In this document: positions 1 to 8,607 of the stretch, piece by piece
Layout: every line of letters begins with the position of its first letter
How positions within the stretch are numbered: position 1 is the stretch's first letter
Source: Ktedonobacterales bacterium
GTDB lineage: Bacteria > Chloroflexota > Ktedonobacteria > Ktedonobacterales > JADMIN01
Length of the DNA: 32,000 nucleotides
Assembly: GCA_030167145.1 (NCBI GenBank)
Contig: CP126532.1
Coordinates: forward strand, 3,270,001-3,302,000
Reading direction: 5' to 3'
Made by a program: the position numbers and the translations under genes
The notes under the pieces: model-generated
Database searches by the model: none
What the model saw: only the letters and a program-made list of their open reading frames with translations
Told to the model about the DNA's origin: nothing

Positions 1-508
1 GGAGGGTTTCCCATTCGTGCTCGTAGCGCAGGACTTCCATCATGGCGGGGGTGGTCTCGATGTGGATGCCGGTGCTATGGGCGGGCAGACGTTCGTCGGC
101 GTGAAATTCGTAGCTGCCTTCGCGCCAGAGCGCCAGTTCGCGGACGGTCCAGAGGGTTTGGGTTTTGAGGGCGTGAACGAGATGTTCGGGGCTGATGATG
201 CCGAGGTCTACGAGTCGCTCGCCGATGCGGGGGCCAAGGGGATCTTGCGTTTGCAGGTGGTAGGCGTGATCGAGATGTTCTGGTCCAGCGAGGTTGAGTT
301 GTTGGAGCACATGGCCGAGGGTGAGCGCTTCGGTATCGAGTTCGACGCAACTGACCAGCCCGCCGTTATCGAAGTAGACAATGCCCGATTGGCCGGAGTC
401 ATGGTGTATGTGCAGAGCGCCGGTGTTTGAGCCAAGCCCCATCATTTGGAGCAGTTCAACCAACCGGAACTCTTCGAGCCGGCCATTCAGTACATTGTGT
501 GCTGCCAC
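1..508 (-). CDS. DUF4388 (PATAN-like) domain protein, C-terminus cut by the left window edge
   Basis: Absent from the ORF track because it runs off the edge. My translation of the minus strand from GTG 508..506 (GAGGG 7 nt upstream) gives MAAHNVLNGRLEEFRLVELLQMMGLGSNTGALHIHHDSGQSGIVYFDNGGLVSCVELD... and stays open to position 1. The G-L-EEF-L-ELLQ...TG-L...G-I-F-NG-LV pattern matches the DUF4388 signature as I recall it. The plus-strand ORF 17..430 is its antisense shadow. Confidence 0.6.
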   Translation of the reverse strand, partial: MAAHNVLNGRLEEFRLVELLQMMGLGSNTGALHIHHDSGQSGIVYFDNGGLVSCVELDTEALTLGHVLQQLNLAGPEHLDHAYHLQTQDPLGPRIGERLVDLGIISPEHLVHALKTQTLWTVRELALWREGSYEFHADERLPAHSTGIHIETTPAMMEVLRYEHEWETL

Positions 509-738
509 GTCGTTGCCCTCGTTCTCTGCGCGCCCGCCGTGTTACGCCGACGGAGGTCGCTCGCGATCATCTAGCGCGCCCAGCCACGGAGGATGCCGCG
601 CAGATCGCGGCGGCGCTCCCAGACGCATGCCATGCGCCCTGATGTGGCCTGCGCAGGCGCATACCGTGCGCCCCTGCACCACCCACCACGTGTTGCCCGC
701 TGTGAAGTGGCAACCCCAATCACATCCCCACGCGCGGC

Positions 739-767
739 ATTATACTTCAGCCAGCATCTCAGAACAA
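739..767 (-). promoter_or_regulatory. sigma70-like promoter TTGTTC-17 nt-TATAAT reading leftward
   Basis: The minus strand reads cacTTGTTCtgagatgctggctgaagTATAATgcc. The -35 (762..767) lies in the last codons of folK and the -10 is at 739..744. It would give a leader of about 220 nt to the DUF4388 gene start at 508. Confidence 0.35.
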
Positions 768-1268
768 GTGGCCGCACTGCGTCACATCGGCTGGTGGCAG
801 CGCGCGTGCCAGTTCGGCCACCGTGGTGTCGAGCGCGGGATGGCGCAGATCGGGGGCGATTTCGGCGAGGGGCGCCAGCACGAAGGCGCGCTCGGCGATG
901 CGGGGATGGGGGATATGCAGCTCAGGCGTATCCAGGATTAGGTCATCGTAGAAGAGGAGGTCAATGTCTACGACGCGCGGCCCATAACGGATGCCTGGTG
1001 TGCGCCCGACCGCCGCCTCCACGGCTTTGGCGTGGCGCAGCAGCGCGAGCGGGGTGAGGGTGGTGTGGCCGATACAGGCGATATTGTGGAAACGCGGTTG
1101 CGCGGTGACGAGCATTGGCGCGGTGTCATAGATCGCGGAAACACGCGCGATGGTGACGGCCGGGGCGAGATGCGCCAGCGCGGCGCGCAGGTTGGCGTCG
1201 CGGTCGCCCAGGTTGCTGCCCAGCCCCAGTGCGACGGTGTGGGTATGCGCCGCTTCGTCCTCGTGCAT
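759..1268 (-). CDS. folK: 2-amino-4-hydroxy-6-hydroxymethyldihydropteridine pyrophosphokinase (HPPK)
   Basis: The 169-aa ORF carries GLGSNLGDR near the N-terminus, then SAIYDTAP, QPRFHN, GPRVVDIDLL and PHPRIAERAFVLAPLAE, which are the classic HPPK motifs. Confidence 0.9.
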   Translation of the reverse strand: MHEDEAAHTHTVALGLGSNLGDRDANLRAALAHLAPAVTIARVSAIYDTAPMLVTAQPRFHNIACIGHTTLTPLALLRHAKAVEAAVGRTPGIRYGPRVVDIDLLFYDDLILDTPELHIPHPRIAERAFVLAPLAEIAPDLRHPALDTTVAELARALPPADVTQCGHLF

Positions 1269-1443
1269 TGTCGCCGCTCCTTTCCCATATCGTGGCGTAT
1301 CGCGGGTGCGAATAATAAGAATATAGGGTGAATGCCTGACGCGCGGGAGGATCTATCACGGTAGCATACAATAGTGATGGGCTATATCTTTTCTGGTGCG
1401 CTATGATAGGCATGAACTATTTTCAAGGCGGTGTGGATACGGC

Positions 1444-2808
1444 ATGATAGGTCTGATTGGACTCGATCATCACGCGGCGGATGTGGATCTGCGCGGACGG
1501 GTCAGCTTTGCGGACGAGCGCTTGCGGGCGGCGCTGCGCGAGCTGGCGGCGCTGCCCGCGCTGCGCGAGGTGGTGGTGCTTTCGACGTGCAACCGCACGG
1601 AGGTCTATTTCGCGGCTGAGGATGGGATCGCGGCTGGTGATGCGGTGCGGCGCTATCTGGCTGGGGCGTTTGTGCGCGGCGCGGCTGCTGTGCGCGTGGA
1701 TGGGGCGGATGCTGGCGTGCAGACGCAGGCGCCGGTGGCGCTGCCGGTGGCGCTGCCGGTGGAACTGGCGCGGGCGCTCTATGCGCGTGAGGATGAGGAA
1801 GCGGCGCGGCATCTCTGCCAGGTTGCCGCTGGATTGCGCTCGATGGTGCTGGGCGAGGCGGAGATTTTGGGGCAGGTCAAGGATGCGCTGACCGCCGCCG
1901 AGATGGCTCAGACGCTGGGCGACGAACTGCGGGCGCTGTTCACGACGGCGATCAAGGTGGGCAAGCGGGTGCGCGCGGAGACGGAGATCGGGCGCGCGGA
2001 TGTGTCGGTGGCGGCGGTGGCGGTGCGGACGGCGGATGAGGCGCTGGCGGGGCTGCGCGGCAAAGCGGCGTTGCTGATCGGCGCGGGCCGCACCATTCAA
2101 CTCTGTGCGCATCTGCTGGCGCAGGCGGGCGTGGCGCGCCTGGCGCTGGCGAACCGGACGTTGAGCGCGGCGGAGACGCTGGCGCGGGAGGTTGACGGCG
2201 AGGCGTTGCCGCTGGCGGGGATCGCGGGGGCGCTGCCGCAGGTGGATTTGGTGATCAGCGCGACAGCTTCGCCGCAGGTGGTGCTGGATGAGGCGACGGT
2301 GGCGGGCGGGCTGGTGGGACGCACACGGCGATTGGTGATCTTCGATCTGGCGGTGCCGCCAGATGTGGCGGAGAGAGTGCGCGGGCTGCCAGGGGTGACG
2401 CTTTACACGCTGGATGCGCTGCGCGCCGACGACCTGGCGCTGGTGGAGGCGGCGGCGAATCGCGAGGCGACGCTGGCCGAGGCCGAGCAGATCATCGCGG
2501 CTGGGCTGCGCGCGCTGGCACATGCGCGGACGGTGCGCCTGGCGGCGCCGGGGATCGCGGCGCTGCGAACGCATGTGGACCGCTCGCAGCGCGCCGAGCT
2601 AGAGCAGGCGCTGGCCCAACTCGGTCATCTCTCGCCGGAGGAGAAGGCGATTATCGAGCGCTTCGGGCGGCGACTGGTGGATAAGATGTTCCATCACCTT
2701 GTCTCGCGGATTCGCGCGCTGGCGGAGTATGACGAGGTGCCGCCGGAACTGACGATGCGCGTGCTGGCGCGGCTCTTCGCGGACCCGGATGGGGGCGACG
2801 GCGTCTAG
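1444..2808 (+). CDS. hemA: glutamyl-tRNA reductase
   Basis: MIGLIGLDHH...VVLSTCNRTEVYF...GLRSMVLGEAEILGQVKDA...LLIGAGRT match HemA motifs. I place the start at ATG 1444, not the track start 1396, because HemA proteins begin at the M-x-x-x-G-x-x-H segment. Confidence 0.9.
   Translation: MIGLIGLDHHAADVDLRGRVSFADERLRAALRELAALPALREVVVLSTCNRTEVYFAAEDGIAAGDAVRRYLAGAFVRGAAAVRVDGADAGVQTQAPVALPVALPVELARALYAREDEEAARHLCQVAAGLRSMVLGEAEILGQVKDALTAAEMAQTLGDELRALFTTAIKVGKRVRAETEIGRADVSVAAVAVRTADEALAGLRGKAALLIGAGRTIQLCAHLLAQAGVARLALANRTLSAAETLAREVDGEALPLAGIAGALPQVDLVISATASPQVVLDEATVAGGLVGRTRRLVIFDLAVPPDVAERVRGLPGVTLYTLDALRADDLALVEAAANREATLAEAEQIIAAGLRALAHARTVRLAAPGIAALRTHVDRSQRAELEQALAQLGHLSPEEKAIIERFGRRLVDKMFHHLVSRIRALAEYDEVPPELTMRVLARLFADPDGGDGV
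1741..1773 (+). repeat. in-frame 12-bp tandem repeat (gccggtggcgct x2 plus a partial third copy) inside hemA
   Basis: Direct reading gives gccggtggcgct gccggtggcgct gccggtgga, encoding PVALPVALPVE. Confidence 0.9.
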
Positions 2809-2887
2809 CGGGTGGCCTCAACGGTATGGCGAGGTTCGTGGTGGAGTGATGCGAACCGAGATCCCCTGATACATCCAGGCTGGCGCG

Positions 2888-2916
2888 TTGACGCCTTGCC
2901 GTGGGAGCGGTATACT
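2888..2916 (+). promoter_or_regulatory. sigma70-like promoter TTGACG-17 nt-TATACT
   Basis: The sequence is ttgacg(2888..2893)-ccttgccgtgggagcgg-tatact(2911..2916), about 75 nt upstream of the lipoprotein GTG at 2994. Confidence 0.5.
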
Positions 2917-2993
2917 CGCCCCGCTGGAGTCGCGCTGTAGCTGGCCCGCTGATGGGCCGCAAATGGGCCGCGCGCAAATGAGGAGGGCGAGAC

Positions 2994-3572
2994 GTGTTCA
3001 CGATGGGAGCGTGGGGATTGGCGCGGCGACGCTGGCTAGGTGTGGCGTTGGGTTTGCTCGCGCTGAGTCTCGCCCTGGTGGGCTGCCGTGCGCAAACAAC
3101 GGCGTTGCCGCAGACGGCGGGTGGCACGTACAGCAGCGATGCCTATCATTTTCACATGACGTACCCCAATGGCTGGAAGCTCGTGGAGCAGCAGAGCGCG
3201 GGCGGCGCAGTGCCACTGGTGGTGACGCTGACGCGCATCGCAGCGCTTCAGACGACCAACTCGTTCGTTTCGACGCTGACGGTTACGGTCTTCGACCTGC
3301 ATGCGCCCGACGAGGCCACCCCCTACGCCCAGCTTCAGGCGCAGATTCACGATAAGAAGACGCCGCTTAAGCAGATTACGCTGGCGGGCCACCCAGCCTA
3401 TCAGGATGCGCCGACGCAGCAGACCTCGCCGGACGGCAAGACGACCGTTACCCACACTGATTATTATCTGCTGACCAGCGCCTATGAGTATCAGATCAGC
3501 ACCGATGCGGTATCCAGCGAGAACGCCGATGCTGACCTGAGCGCGATAGTGACGAGCTTCACGCTGCAATAG
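2994..3572 (+). CDS. hypothetical secreted lipoprotein
   Basis: GTG start with GGAGGG 7-8 nt upstream. The N-terminus MFTMGAWGLARRRWLGVALGLLALSLALVGC has a positive n-region, a hydrophobic core and an L-V-G-C lipobox. The mature part has no motif I can name with certainty (possibly a PsbP/DUF1795-like fold). Confidence 0.6.
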   Translation: MFTMGAWGLARRRWLGVALGLLALSLALVGCRAQTTALPQTAGGTYSSDAYHFHMTYPNGWKLVEQQSAGGAVPLVVTLTRIAALQTTNSFVSTLTVTVFDLHAPDEATPYAQLQAQIHDKKTPLKQITLAGHPAYQDAPTQQTSPDGKTTVTHTDYYLLTSAYEYQISTDAVSSENADADLSAIVTSFTLQ

Positions 3573-3598
3573 CGCTGCAATGACACTGCCCGAAGCCG

Positions 3599-4780
3599 CT
3601 AGAGTTCGTAGGAGCCGGTGTGCGCGTCTTCGAGATAGCGGGCGAGAAGTGTCGCGGCGGCGGCGAGGTCGCCGAGGTTGACCATCTCGTTGACGGTATG
3701 CACGTAGCGCGAGGGAATCGAGAGCGTGATGGCGGCGGCGCCAGTATCCGCGCGCTGCATCGCGCCCGCGTCGGTACCACCGCGTGGCAGCACTTCGAGT
3801 TGGTGAGTGATCGCTTCGCGTTCGGCGAGGTCGCGCAGGTGCTGGACGAGCTTGTAGTTCGGGATAAATGAGGAATCGAAGACTTTGATGGCGACGCCCT
3901 TGCCCAGGCGTGTCACCGCGCCGTTCTCCGGCATGCCTGGGGTGTCTACGGCAAGCGTGGTATCGAGGGCGATGGCGACGTGCGGTTTGACGGCGAAGGC
4001 TGAGGTGATCGCGCCGCGCAGGCCAACTTCTTCTTGCACGGTGGCGACGGCGTAGATGTCCACGTCGTGCGCGCCAAGCTGCTTGAGCGCCGCGATCATT
4101 GTGAAGACGCCGCTGCGGTCGTCCATGGCTTTGGCGATGACGTTGTCGCCGACGCGCTCTAGCGTGCGGTCCATCGTCACGGAGTCGCCGAGGGCGACCA
4201 ACTCACGGACACGCTCGCCAGGGAGGCCGAGGTCCACGTAGAACTCGTCGAGCTTGGGCGCGGCGGGCTTTTCGTCGGCGAGCAGGTGGATCGGCTTGGA
4301 GGCGGGGGTGAAGACGCCGCGCAGGGTGTCGCCGCCGCGTGTATGCACCAGCACGCGCTGGGCGACGAGCACGCGCGGATCGAAGCCGCCGAGCGGCTGC
4401 ACATTGAGGAAGCCGCGCTCGTCAATGTAGCGGACCATGAAGCCGATTTCGTCCATATGCGCCGCCAGCATCACCCGACGGCGCTCTTTGCCTTTGCCCG
4501 CGCCTTTCTTGAAGGCGATGACGTTGCCGAGCGCATCTACGCGGATATCATCCACGAGCGGGCGCAGCTCTTCGACGACGAGCGCGCGTACACGCTCTTC
4601 GCGTCCGGCGACGCCCGGCATTTCGCTGAGGCGTTTGAGCAGCGCGACGTTCACCTGCTGCTCGCCTTGTGTCTCCTCAGTCTCCTGGGGCTGATGCCCG
4701 TTGGCCTGCGCGCGGTCTTGCCGCGCCGCCGTCTTCGTTGCGGTCTTTGCCCCACCCTTGTCCGATGCTTGTTTTGCCAT
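3599..4780 (-). CDS. M42 family metallopeptidase (glutamyl aminopeptidase / FrvX-like)
   Basis: LLKRLSEMPGVAGREERVRALVVEEL...ALGNVIAFKKG...VMLAAHMDEIGFMV...GAHDVDIYAVATVQEEVGLRGA match the M42 pattern. I set the start at ATG 4780 (minus strand reads gtGAGGAGacaggatATG), not the track start 4843. Confidence 0.85.
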   Translation of the reverse strand: MAKQASDKGGAKTATKTAARQDRAQANGHQPQETEETQGEQQVNVALLKRLSEMPGVAGREERVRALVVEELRPLVDDIRVDALGNVIAFKKGAGKGKERRRVMLAAHMDEIGFMVRYIDERGFLNVQPLGGFDPRVLVAQRVLVHTRGGDTLRGVFTPASKPIHLLADEKPAAPKLDEFYVDLGLPGERVRELVALGDSVTMDRTLERVGDNVIAKAMDDRSGVFTMIAALKQLGAHDVDIYAVATVQEEVGLRGAITSAFAVKPHVAIALDTTLAVDTPGMPENGAVTRLGKGVAIKVFDSSFIPNYKLVQHLRDLAEREAITHQLEVLPRGGTDAGAMQRADTGAAAITLSIPSRYVHTVNEMVNLGDLAAAATLLARYLEDAHTGSYEL

Positions 4781-4937
4781 ATCCTGTCTCCTCACCGTGC
4801 CTGTGCGCCCATCTGCTGTGGGACGAGCGCGTGTGTTGTACAAGTTAGAGCGCAGTCTTCTATGTTAGATGATTCTAGCACTTCGATGCGCGATTGCCTA
4901 TAGGTGAGATCGGGCGGGCAACGTGGTCCTAGAGCAT

Positions 4938-4967
4938 TTGACGCTTGAACTGGTGTTCTAGTATGCT
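4938..4967 (+). promoter_or_regulatory. sigma70-like promoter TTGACG-18 nt-TATGCT
   Basis: The sequence is ttgacg(4938..4943)-18 nt-tatgct(4962..4967), about 58 nt upstream of ATG 5025. Confidence 0.4.
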
Positions 4968-5024
4968 GTTGAGGCGCGCTGGCGGAACACATTCACATAG
5001 GCACCGAGCGATAGAGAGGTTCCC

Positions 5025-5492
5025 ATGCAGGTACTGGAAGCGCCATCGGAGACCGATAGGCTGGTGGTGGTGGCGGATTACCCCAATGTGGCGCCAGAGG
5101 TGGTGTTCGCCTACTGGACACGGCCCGAACTGATCCGCCAGTGGTGGCCGCAGGAGGCGGAGCTGGACGCGCGGCCCGGCGGGGCGTATGCGTTGGGCTG
5201 GCCGGAGCGCAACTGGCGGCTACGCGGCTGGTATACTCGTGTCGAGCCGGGGCGGACGCTGGCCTTCACCTGGCAGTGGGATTCGGAGCAGGACGAAGCG
5301 GAGATGAAAGCGGTGGTGGCGCATTTCGAGCCACTGGGCGCGGCTGGCGTGGGTGGCACGGGTGGCACACGGCTGACGCTGACGCATGGCCCCTACACCG
5401 ATGACGATGCGGGTCGTGAGGCGCGAACGGAACACCTCGACGGGTGGCAGCACTTTCTGGCGCGGCTGGGCGAGGCGCTTGCGGGCGCATAA
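5025..5492 (+). CDS. SRPBCC superfamily protein, AHSA1 (activator of Hsp90 ATPase homolog 1-like) type
   Basis: APEVVFAYWTRPELIRQWW...GGAY...WRLRGWYTRVEPGRTLAFTWQW fits the PF08327-type pattern as I recall it. RBS agagagg lies 6 nt upstream. Confidence 0.75.
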   Translation: MQVLEAPSETDRLVVVADYPNVAPEVVFAYWTRPELIRQWWPQEAELDARPGGAYALGWPERNWRLRGWYTRVEPGRTLAFTWQWDSEQDEAEMKAVVAHFEPLGAAGVGGTGGTRLTLTHGPYTDDDAGREARTEHLDGWQHFLARLGEALAGA

Positions 5493-5494
5493 TT

Positions 5495-5527
5495 CGGCCC
5501 TCTCCCCATGAATTGAGGAGGGGGCCG
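5495..5527. terminator. hairpin between convergent genes (11-bp stem with one G.U pair, 11-nt loop)
   Basis: The arms are cggccctctcc (5495..5505) and ggagggggccg (5517..5527). It sits between the SRPBCC stop (5492) and the gdh stop (5547). There is no clear U-tract. Confidence 0.5.
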
Positions 5528-5546
5528 CGCAATCTCATGAGCAGCG

Positions 5547-6815
5547 CTACGGATAGATGCCGCGAAGCTGGGTGGCTTCGGCGACGCGGCGGATGGCGAC
5601 CATTTGCGCCGCCGTCCGCATGTCGCATTCCTCTTTTGTGGCGAGGCTGGCGACATTGGCGTAGGCGCGGGCCATGACCAGCGAAAGTTTTTCGCCGACT
5701 TCTTCGGGGGTCCAGAAGAAGCTCTGGAGGTCTTGTACCCATTCGAAATAGCTGACGGTGACGCCTGCCGCGTTGGCGAGGATGTCTGGGATGACCAGGA
5801 CATCGCGTGCGGCGAATACGGCGTCGGCTTCGGGGGTGGTGGGGCCGTTGGCGGCCTCGACGATGACCCTGGCCTGCACGCGCGGCGCGTTCTCGCCGGT
5901 GAGCACGCCCTCGACCGCGGCGGGAATCAGGATGTCGCAGGGGACTTCCAGCATCTCGGCGACTTCCAGTTTCTGCGAACCCGCAACACCGACGACACTG
6001 CCCGTCTCCTGCTTGTGTTTGGTCAGCGCATCTATATCCAGGCCGCTCTCGTCGTAGGCTGCGCCCTGGCGGTCGGCGATGGCGACGATGCGCGCGCCCT
6101 CCGCAGCGAGCAGTTCAGCGGCGATAGCGCCCGCGTTGCCAAAGCCTTGAATGGCGACCCGCGCGCCGCGCAGTGGCATCTTGAGGTCCGCGCTGGCGAT
6201 CTTCAGGCATTCGAGCACGCCGGTGGCGGTGGCGTCGCCGCGCCCTTCGCTGCCGCCAATGGCCAGGGGCTTGCCGGTGACCACCGCCGGAACCGAGTAG
6301 CCCTGGTGCATGGAGTAGGTATCCATGATCCACGCCATGATCTGGGGCGTGGTGTTGACATCGGGTGCGGGGATGTCGCTGCCGGGGCCGATGAGGATGG
6401 AGATCTCGGTGGCATAGCGGCGGGTGAGGCGTTCAAGCTCGCCCAGGCTGAGCGGTTTGGGGTCAACGGTGACACCGCCCTTGCCGCCACCGAAGGGGAT
6501 GTCTACGACGGCGCATTTCCAGGTCATCCACATCGCCAGCGCTTTGACTTCATCGAGCGTGACGTTGGCGTCGTAGCGGATGCCGCCTTTGGCGGGGCCA
6601 CGGTTGATGTTGTGCTGGACGCGATAGCCGGTGAACATCCGCAGACTCTTGTCGTCCATCCGCACGGGGAAGTGGACGATCAGTTCGCGTTTCGGCTCGC
6701 GCAGGATCGCGCGCATGCCATGGTCAAGATGCAGGCGGTCAGCGGCGGCCTCAAATTGTGCCACCGCGACGTGATACGGGTTCGGTCGCTGCGAGTGCGG
6801 CACATCATTGTGCAT
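5547..6815 (-). CDS. gdh: NAD(P)-dependent glutamate dehydrogenase
   Basis: The 422-aa ORF carries VQHNINRGPAKGGIRY, WMTWKCAVVDIPFGGGKGG and VAIQGFGNAGA (Rossmann motif). GGAGGA lies 9 nt upstream of ATG 6815. Confidence 0.95.
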   Translation of the reverse strand: MHNDVPHSQRPNPYHVAVAQFEAAADRLHLDHGMRAILREPKRELIVHFPVRMDDKSLRMFTGYRVQHNINRGPAKGGIRYDANVTLDEVKALAMWMTWKCAVVDIPFGGGKGGVTVDPKPLSLGELERLTRRYATEISILIGPGSDIPAPDVNTTPQIMAWIMDTYSMHQGYSVPAVVTGKPLAIGGSEGRGDATATGVLECLKIASADLKMPLRGARVAIQGFGNAGAIAAELLAAEGARIVAIADRQGAAYDESGLDIDALTKHKQETGSVVGVAGSQKLEVAEMLEVPCDILIPAAVEGVLTGENAPRVQARVIVEAANGPTTPEADAVFAARDVLVIPDILANAAGVTVSYFEWVQDLQSFFWTPEEVGEKLSLVMARAYANVASLATKEECDMRTAAQMVAIRRVAEATQLRGIYP

Positions 6816-6967
6816 AGGTGAGGTCCTCCCCTCAAACAGGGCGCAATACCACTACCACAAACTACACGCTTCACGCTACCATGAACGAGCTACCATGCAC
6901 GTGGCGCGGCCCGTCGCCGCGCTCTGGGCGGATACCTCAGCGATGCGCGTATCACCGCCGGAGAGCG

Positions 6968-8455
6968 CTAGAGTTCTCCGAGCTTGCCCAGCAGAATCGG
7001 GCGCACGGCATCGGGGCTGGCACGCCCCTTGGTGCGCTTCATCACCTGGCCGACCAGGAATTGCAATGAGGCGGTTTTGCCCGCCCGGTAATCTTCGACG
7101 GCTTTGGGATTAGCCGCCAGCACTTCATCTACGATGCCGTCTAGCTCGGCGGTATCGCTGATCTGCGCGATGCCCTCGCGGGTGACGATGGCGCTGGGCG
7201 TCTCGCCGGTGGCGAAGGCTTTTTCGAGCACTTCTTTGGCGATTTTGCCGCTGATTGTGCCGCTATCCAGCAGGTCGAGCAATTCAGAGAGCGCAGCGGG
7301 TGAGACGCGGCTGGCGGTGATGTCCAGTCCATCGGCATTGAGCAGGCGGCGCAGGTCGCCAAGGATCCAGTTGGCGGCGGCTTTCGCACGCGCCTGGGGA
7401 TCGGCTGGCTGTTTGCCGCTGAGCGCCGCTTCGAAGTAATCGGCGAGCGCGCGCTCAGCGGTAAGCTGTTCGGCGTCCTGGGCAGAGAGGCCATAGGCGC
7501 TGATGAAGCGCTCGTATTTGGCGTCGGGCAGTTCGGGCATCTGCGCGCGGAGCCGGTTGACCCACTCGCGGCTGACAATGAGCGGGGGCAGGTCGGGTTC
7601 AGGGAAGTAGCGATAGTCGTCGGCGTACTCTTTGTCGCGCTGCGAAACGGTGATGCCCTTCTCTTCGACCCAGCCGCGCGTCTCCTGCTTGATGGTCTCG
7701 CCGTTGCCGATGGCGGCGATCTGGCGTTGCGCCTCATAGGCGATGGCGCGCTCGACGGCGCGGAAGGAGTTCATGTTCTTGATTTCGGTCTTAACGCCGA
7801 ATTCCTGCTGGCCGCGCGGACGCACGGAGATGTTGGCGTCGCAGCGGAGCGCGCCTTCTTCCATGCGCCCGGAACTGACGCCGAGGTAGAGCAGAATCTG
7901 ACGCAGCTTCTCCATGTAGAGCCGGGCTTCTTCGGCGCTGCGCATGTCTGGCTCGCTGACGATCTCCATCAGCGGCACGCCGGCGCGGTTCATGTCTACC
8001 AGGGTGAAGTTAGCATGGGCCTCGTTACGATGGACGAGGCGCCCGGTGTCTTCTTCGAGGTGAACGCGGGTGATGCCGATACGGCGCGACGCGCCATCCA
8101 TGTGGATGGTGAGGTAGCCGTTGCGGCTGAACGGTCGGTCGTATTGCGAGATTTGATAGCCTTTGGGCAGGTCGGGGTAGCCGTAGTTCTTGCGGTCGAA
8201 TTTGGAGAAGTCGGGAATCTCGCAGTTGAGGGCAAGCGCGGTCATGATGGTGTAGTCAACGGCCTGTTCGTTGATGACGGGCAGCACGCCGGGGTAGCCC
8301 ATGCAGATGGGGCAGCAGTGCGAGTTGGGCGCGGCGTTGGCGTAGTCGGCGGGGCAGCCGCAGAACATTTTACTTTTGGTGAGCAGTTGCGCATGAACTT
8401 CGAGGCCGATGATGATTTCGTAGTCTACGGCAGTGGATACAGATGCGGTCGCCAT
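6968..8455 (-). CDS. gatB: Asp-tRNA(Asn)/Glu-tRNA(Gln) amidotransferase subunit B
   Basis: YEIIIGLEVHAQLLTKSKMFCGC...CPICMGYPGVLPV...RVHLEEDTGRL...DMNRAGVPLMEIVSEP are canonical GatB motifs. Confidence 0.95.
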   Translation of the reverse strand: MATASVSTAVDYEIIIGLEVHAQLLTKSKMFCGCPADYANAAPNSHCCPICMGYPGVLPVINEQAVDYTIMTALALNCEIPDFSKFDRKNYGYPDLPKGYQISQYDRPFSRNGYLTIHMDGASRRIGITRVHLEEDTGRLVHRNEAHANFTLVDMNRAGVPLMEIVSEPDMRSAEEARLYMEKLRQILLYLGVSSGRMEEGALRCDANISVRPRGQQEFGVKTEIKNMNSFRAVERAIAYEAQRQIAAIGNGETIKQETRGWVEEKGITVSQRDKEYADDYRYFPEPDLPPLIVSREWVNRLRAQMPELPDAKYERFISAYGLSAQDAEQLTAERALADYFEAALSGKQPADPQARAKAAANWILGDLRRLLNADGLDITASRVSPAALSELLDLLDSGTISGKIAKEVLEKAFATGETPSAIVTREGIAQISDTAELDGIVDEVLAANPKAVEDYRAGKTASLQFLVGQVMKRTKGRASPDAVRPILLGKLGEL

Positions 8456-8509
8456 GGGTGGTCTATCCTCTATTTCTTTCCTCTATATCATGCCTCGCTG
8501 GCGCTCGCG

Positions 8510-8534
8510 GGGGCGTCTGGCGGACGCCCCTACG
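8510..8534. repeat. copy 1 of the dispersed motif GGACGCCCCTACG, embedded in an 8-bp hairpin
   Basis: The hairpin is ggggcgtc(8510..8517)-tggcg-gacgcccc(8523..8530), followed by tacg. It lies between the aminotransferase stop and the gatB start and may act as a terminator for the aminotransferase gene. Confidence 0.7.
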
Positions 8535-8607
8535 CGCACGCTGCCGGAGGGGTGCGAATGTGTGTTGATAGGGTTGGTATTGCGTTGGATGCCTGACGGC
8601 GGGCGCA

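Noticed and set aside
17-430. 137-aa plus-strand ORF at the left edge
   Set aside because: It is the antisense shadow of the minus-strand DUF4388-type gene (1..508), which has a recognisable domain signature and an RBS. The plus-strand product is a G/A/V-rich sequence with no motif.
5604-6821. Long ORFs antisense to or frame-shifted over real genes (5604..6821 over gdh, 1423..2574 over hemA, 7727..8596 over gatB, 14459..15352 over arginase, 21833..23476 and 22290..23228 over the MFS gene, 30112..31533 over obg)
   Set aside because: These are typical high-GC artefacts. Stop codons are rare in the alternative frames, and the products are R/A/G/P/H-rich low-complexity strings without motifs. 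Each fully overlaps a gene with strong family signatures.
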